Shown one piece after another: positions 53,779 through 57,315 of a stretch of DNA of 57,315 nucleotides. The stretch's first letter is position 1; every line of letters starts with the position of its first letter. The notes under the pieces were generated by a model. That model was not told the origin of the DNA, made no database searches, and was given only the letters and a program-made list of their open reading frames with translations. A program made the translations under genes and the position numbers. This DNA comes from Eubacteriales bacterium. Lineage in GTDB: Bacteria; Bacillota; Clostridia; Oscillospirales; JAAYXM01. The stretch lies in the NCBI GenBank assembly GCA_045636205.1, contig JAZTXE010000058.1, positions 1 through 57,315 on the forward strand, in the 5' to 3' direction.

Positions 53779-55461
53779 ATGAGATTGTCAAATAGGTTTA
53801 TGGCTCTGTTAATTGTGATGGCTATACTTGTGATTGTGATACCCTTGGTTCATGCGCAGACGGTTGGGAATATATCTGTGGTGTTGCCGTCAAAAATTCT
53901 GGAGGTGGGAAAGACGCAAAGGCTTTCCATATACAGTGCCTATGGTCATGAAATTACGGATTTTACTGCGTATTCATTCACCTCGTCAGATACAGATGTT
54001 GCTATTGTGGACGAGAACGGCAACGTGACGGGCGTGTCCATAGGAAGGGCAAAGATATACCTTAGCGGTGCGGGTAATGCAACGGTTGAGGTTCCGGTCG
54101 TCGGAGCGAATCTGCTTGAAGTGCCGGAAAATTCAAATATCGCGTGGGATAAAAGTAAAAACAGCGCCAAGTTCTGGTGGCTGCGCAAGTATATGCAAAA
54201 CGGAAACAGCACTGACTATATGTCAAACTCAAACAAGAACGGTGCAACCGTTTCAAGATACGAGTTTGCAGTTGAGACCAGAGAAGGCCCGCTCTCGGAC
54301 GTTGACCGCGTTTTGCGCCTTACTTCAAAGAGCGTGCCGTCGAGCTCTGAGGGGATAAATCGTCAGTACATAGCACTGCTTTCCCATAACTATATCTTGA
54401 CCGGAAAGAATAAAATGTATGAGTTTTCGGGCTGGGCAGCTGCGGACAACGTTCCGGGTGCGGGAGATGCTTTGCATAATTCGTGGAAGGCTAAGCTTCT
54501 TTATTATTATGCACAAGGAAGTACAACACCGGCTCTGAAAACAACGCCGACCGAAGCCAATGCGGTAACACCGTTTTTATCAGAAAGCGGAAATCAACCG
54601 TGGACATATTTTAACACAGTTCCCATAGTAAATGACGGGCTGGCAAGCTCGTATAACTTATATTTCCAAGCCACGATTGACGGCGGTAAGAATGTTACCG
54701 ACGGCGGTTGGCAGGGAGATATACTCCTTTACGGACTCTCACTCCACGAGGTCAGATATGAAAGGCTTGAATTTACGGATATAAATCTGTCTGATTCGGT
54801 TGTTCTTAATCAGGGTGAGAGTGTAGATACTGTTGCAAAGCATTTTACCAACACCGGAAATGAAATAACCACCCGCCTTGTAAATGCAAATGAGGTTTCA
54901 AATGATATAGCGGTTACATATAAAAGTTCGGATGAAAATATTGCAACTGTTTCTGATGACGGAGTTATCACCGCGCATGCAGAAGGCTTGACTGAGATTA
55001 CCGCGACTGCGACTTTGGGCGGTGTGGCGCAAGAAGGGAAAATAACTGTTGCAGTCGATTCCGAAAGTGCGCAGGAGAGTGCATTCGGTATCCAATATGC
55101 GTATATCTGCAGCCGTAAAAATGATGCGTATACAGTAACCGTATTTGCTGCGACCGAGTCTCTCGATTATAACCGCGTCGGCTTTGAAATTATCGGAAGC
55201 TGTGAGACACGCACATGTGCGGATACAACGCAGGTGTACAGAAATGTAAACGTAAAATATACAACCGACGGCGTTGAAAATATTACAAGTCTTACGGCTG
55301 AGAATTTGGGTATGTCCGCAAACGGGTATATCTTCTTCAAAAGCGAAAGTGTAAATGCCGAGTATGCCCAAAAGGGGCTTATAGTGCGTGCATACGCGGA
55401 AGGTGAAGATGGGCAGAGAGTTTACGGAAGCTATACCACGCTTGACGATTTGGTGCCATAA
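53779..55461 (+). CDS. Secreted protein with two bacterial Ig-like (Big_2) domains flanking a CBM-like beta-sandwich region
   Basis: Signal peptide MRLSNRFMALLIVMAILVIVIPLVHAQT. Big_2-type segments: SSDTDVAIVDENGNVTGVSIGRAKIY and SSDENIATVSDDGVITAHAEGLTEITATA. No obvious anchoring motif. Confidence 0.8.
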   Translation: MRLSNRFMALLIVMAILVIVIPLVHAQTVGNISVVLPSKILEVGKTQRLSIYSAYGHEITDFTAYSFTSSDTDVAIVDENGNVTGVSIGRAKIYLSGAGNATVEVPVVGANLLEVPENSNIAWDKSKNSAKFWWLRKYMQNGNSTDYMSNSNKNGATVSRYEFAVETREGPLSDVDRVLRLTSKSVPSSSEGINRQYIALLSHNYILTGKNKMYEFSGWAAADNVPGAGDALHNSWKAKLLYYYAQGSTTPALKTTPTEANAVTPFLSESGNQPWTYFNTVPIVNDGLASSYNLYFQATIDGGKNVTDGGWQGDILLYGLSLHEVRYERLEFTDINLSDSVVLNQGESVDTVAKHFTNTGNEITTRLVNANEVSNDIAVTYKSSDENIATVSDDGVITAHAEGLTEITATATLGGVAQEGKITVAVDSESAQESAFGIQYAYICSRKNDAYTVTVFAATESLDYNRVGFEIIGSCETRTCADTTQVYRNVNVKYTTDGVENITSLTAENLGMSANGYIFFKSESVNAEYAQKGLIVRAYAEGEDGQRVYGSYTTLDDLVP

Positions 55462-55637
55462 TGGGAAAATGCACAAAAAAAGTACATGATTTTTGGTTAA
55501 AAAGTTACCTGAAAAAATAAAGAAAAATACAATCCGCGTTGTTTTGGGGTATGGCATCTGCTAAAATGTTATATGATTGATACTGCAATTTTTATATTGC
55601 ATTAGTGTTTGTACAATATTTTAGGAGGAATGTTATA

Positions 55638-57315
55638 ATGAAATCATGGAAAAGAAGCATTATTTCTCTCGCAGTCGCGTTTGCCCTGCTCGCAAGCTTT
55701 ATCCCCGCACCTGCAAACGTAGCTTCTGCGGTAGTGGGAACAGAGTATGAGTATATTTTTGCTGGTAGTGCTTATGGTTTAAAAGAAGGCGATATGTTTA
55801 GCAATGATCCTACTAAAGGTGTTGATGGCGTGGCGACTACGCTTATTGCCGGTAGTGATACTGAGGATACAGGAGATGACGTATACGCATTTACAACAGA
55901 GTCTTATAGCAATTATACAGGAACCGGTAAATGGTCAGTAGTGACAGGTGAGTCCAGCTCTTATTTGATGGATAATGCGAAAAAGTTGCGTGTTCAGGAC
56001 CCGTATCTTTATGCGCAGTTTAACGCTCTTGAGCAATATGCTACCATTAGAATTGAAGTAGAAGAAGCAGGATGGTATTCACCTTCGATAGTTGCATTCC
56101 ATAATAATACGATTAAAAGCGGTACAAAAACTATTCGTGGTGCTTATTTCCGTTCATACATAGCGCCGGTACCGAGTTCCGTACATCCTCTTACAACTAA
56201 TGAACTTGATAGTACTCGTTTGGATGAGTATTCTATTGGTTTGACAAGCAGTACTGATTCAAGCGATAACCCCCAAAACGGTTATGTGGCCCATGCCGCC
56301 CAAAAGTTGAGACCGGTGTACATAGAAAATGAGGGAGAATATATTTTTGCTATAAAGCCTGAATTTAAAGGCCCCGGTAATCAATGCCAAGTTATGATCG
56401 AAAGGCTTACACTTACAAAAATTGCTGATGTAAATGCTGACAAAGCAACTGTAAAAGCTGCTATCGGTAATTTGAATTTCAGTCTTGCTGATGTTCTTGG
56501 AGAGAATAAGTCATTTAAAGCTGATGAGGAAACTGTTATAAATGTGGCGGCGTCTGCATCTTCACTCGGCGATGATGTGAACAATATTCTCAGAAGTGCA
56601 GATAAAGTTACCTTTGAGTCAGATGCGGTTGCGGCTACCTACAGCGATGGGAAAATAAAGATAACCGGAGATGTAGCGTCTCAAAATGCATATCTTAAAA
56701 TCAAGATTGAACGAGATGGTATCACTTGGGAGGATACAGTTGAAGGTATCACAGTAACCGGCGAAAGCAAATTAGAGAATACCATAGATTATCTTTTTTC
56801 TTCTGCCAGTGAAAAGGATTTATTGAATAATGATGTCCAAGGAAAGAATTCTCAAAACAACAAGATTACTTGGAGTTCAAATAAAGAGTATTCATCCGGG
56901 ATTAGGGAAGTATCCAGACAATCCTGCGGATTGCAGATAGCTTGCAACAAAAACGAATGGTTTACCGTCAGAATTAAAGTAGACCGTCCGGGTTGGTATA
57001 CTCCTACGTTTACCGCCTGGGATAGAAATTCCACTGGAATATACCGCGCATATATTTCTGAGGTTGATGATACTACACCACTTGCAAGCAGAGGAGACGT
57101 ATATTGCACAGATGCAAATTCTATAGGTACTTTTGATGGGTATGCTGTAGAGAGCTCAGGTGTAATTTATCATTCTAAAGTACTGCGTTCAGTTTATTTT
57201 GAGCACTCCGGAGAATATGCGTTTACCATTAAAAGCATTGGCAGAACAGGTTCGTCATACAATATGCGCCCGAGTTCGCTGAAGCTTGAACGTATCGGGC
57301 TGCAGACGGCAGCTG
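55638..57315 (+). CDS. Secreted protein with an internally duplicated uncharacterised domain (3' partial, runs off the window)
   Basis: AGGAGG lies 8 nt before the ATG. Signal peptide MKSWKRSIISLAVAFALLASFIPAPANVASA. By hand translation the frame stays open for 559 codons to the window end. It is absent from the ORF track, presumably because no stop is reached. Confidence 0.8.
   Translation, partial: MKSWKRSIISLAVAFALLASFIPAPANVASAVVGTEYEYIFAGSAYGLKEGDMFSNDPTKGVDGVATTLIAGSDTEDTGDDVYAFTTESYSNYTGTGKWSVVTGESSSYLMDNAKKLRVQDPYLYAQFNALEQYATIRIEVEEAGWYSPSIVAFHNNTIKSGTKTIRGAYFRSYIAPVPSSVHPLTTNELDSTRLDEYSIGLTSSTDSSDNPQNGYVAHAAQKLRPVYIENEGEYIFAIKPEFKGPGNQCQVMIERLTLTKIADVNADKATVKAAIGNLNFSLADVLGENKSFKADEETVINVAASASSLGDDVNNILRSADKVTFESDAVAATYSDGKIKITGDVASQNAYLKIKIERDGITWEDTVEGITVTGESKLENTIDYLFSSASEKDLLNNDVQGKNSQNNKITWSSNKEYSSGIREVSRQSCGLQIACNKNEWFTVRIKVDRPGWYTPTFTAWDRNSTGIYRAYISEVDDTTPLASRGDVYCTDANSIGTFDGYAVESSGVIYHSKVLRSVYFEHSGEYAFTIKSIGRTGSSYNMRPSSLKLERIGLQTAA

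Noticed and set aside
1-57315. CRISPR arrays, transposases/IS elements, integrases, prophage genes, tRNA/rRNA genes, toxin-antitoxin or defence operons
   Set aside because: I scanned ORF translations and intergenic regions. I found no repeat-spacer periodicity, no DDE or tyrosine/serine recombinase signatures and no cloverleaf-sized GC-rich RNA genes. Every intergenic gap over 100 nt is accounted for above.

Overview
This window looks like a core chromosomal segment of a Gram-positive anaerobe. Gene order and protein signatures suggest Clostridia, probably Oscillospiraceae/Ruminococcaceae-like; that placement is an inference.

I support about 50 CDS, almost all housekeeping:
- Left end, minus strand: a Gfo/Idh/MocA oxidoreductase, a Cu(I) P-type ATPase, a small Cys-containing hypothetical, a GT2-TPR glycosyltransferase, glmS with its glmS ribozyme leader, and a HAD hydrolase.
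- A long plus-strand housekeeping run: smc, ftsY, rph, rdgB, yhbY, nadD, yqeK, an LCP protein, rsfS and leuS.
- rpsU (59 aa, missing from the ORF track) and a two-gene metal ABC importer.
- trmB, recO, mutS2, an HPr-like gene, uvrC, rsmD, coaD and a coiled-coil protein.
- A 15 kb dcw cell-wall/division cluster: mraZ, rsmH, ftsL, class B PBP, murE, murF, mraY, ftsW, murG, murA, ftsQ, DUF881, sbp, ftsZ.
- Single-chain purL (minus strand), rpe, a MurJ/SpoVB-type flippase and uxuA.
- Right end: two secreted Ig-like/beta-sandwich proteins in visibly more A/T-rich DNA. The last one runs off the window.

I see no rRNA, tRNA, CRISPR array, transposase, integrase, or recognisable defence or toxin system.

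Many ORF-track starts are over-extended. I re-set them from Shine-Dalgarno spacing and conserved N-termini.

The most interesting signals are regulatory or architectural:
1. A perfect Firmicute LexA box and a 10-bp-phased MraZ operator array upstream of the dcw operon.
2. An HPr-like protein with His15 replaced by Arg (Crh-like).
3. A CopA with an in-frame C-terminal CopZ-like domain that keeps its own Shine-Dalgarno and ATG.
4. An unassigned structured element in the purL/rpe divergent intergenic region.
5. A secreted protein built from an internally duplicated uncharacterised domain.

I did not find a clear multi-gene novel system.
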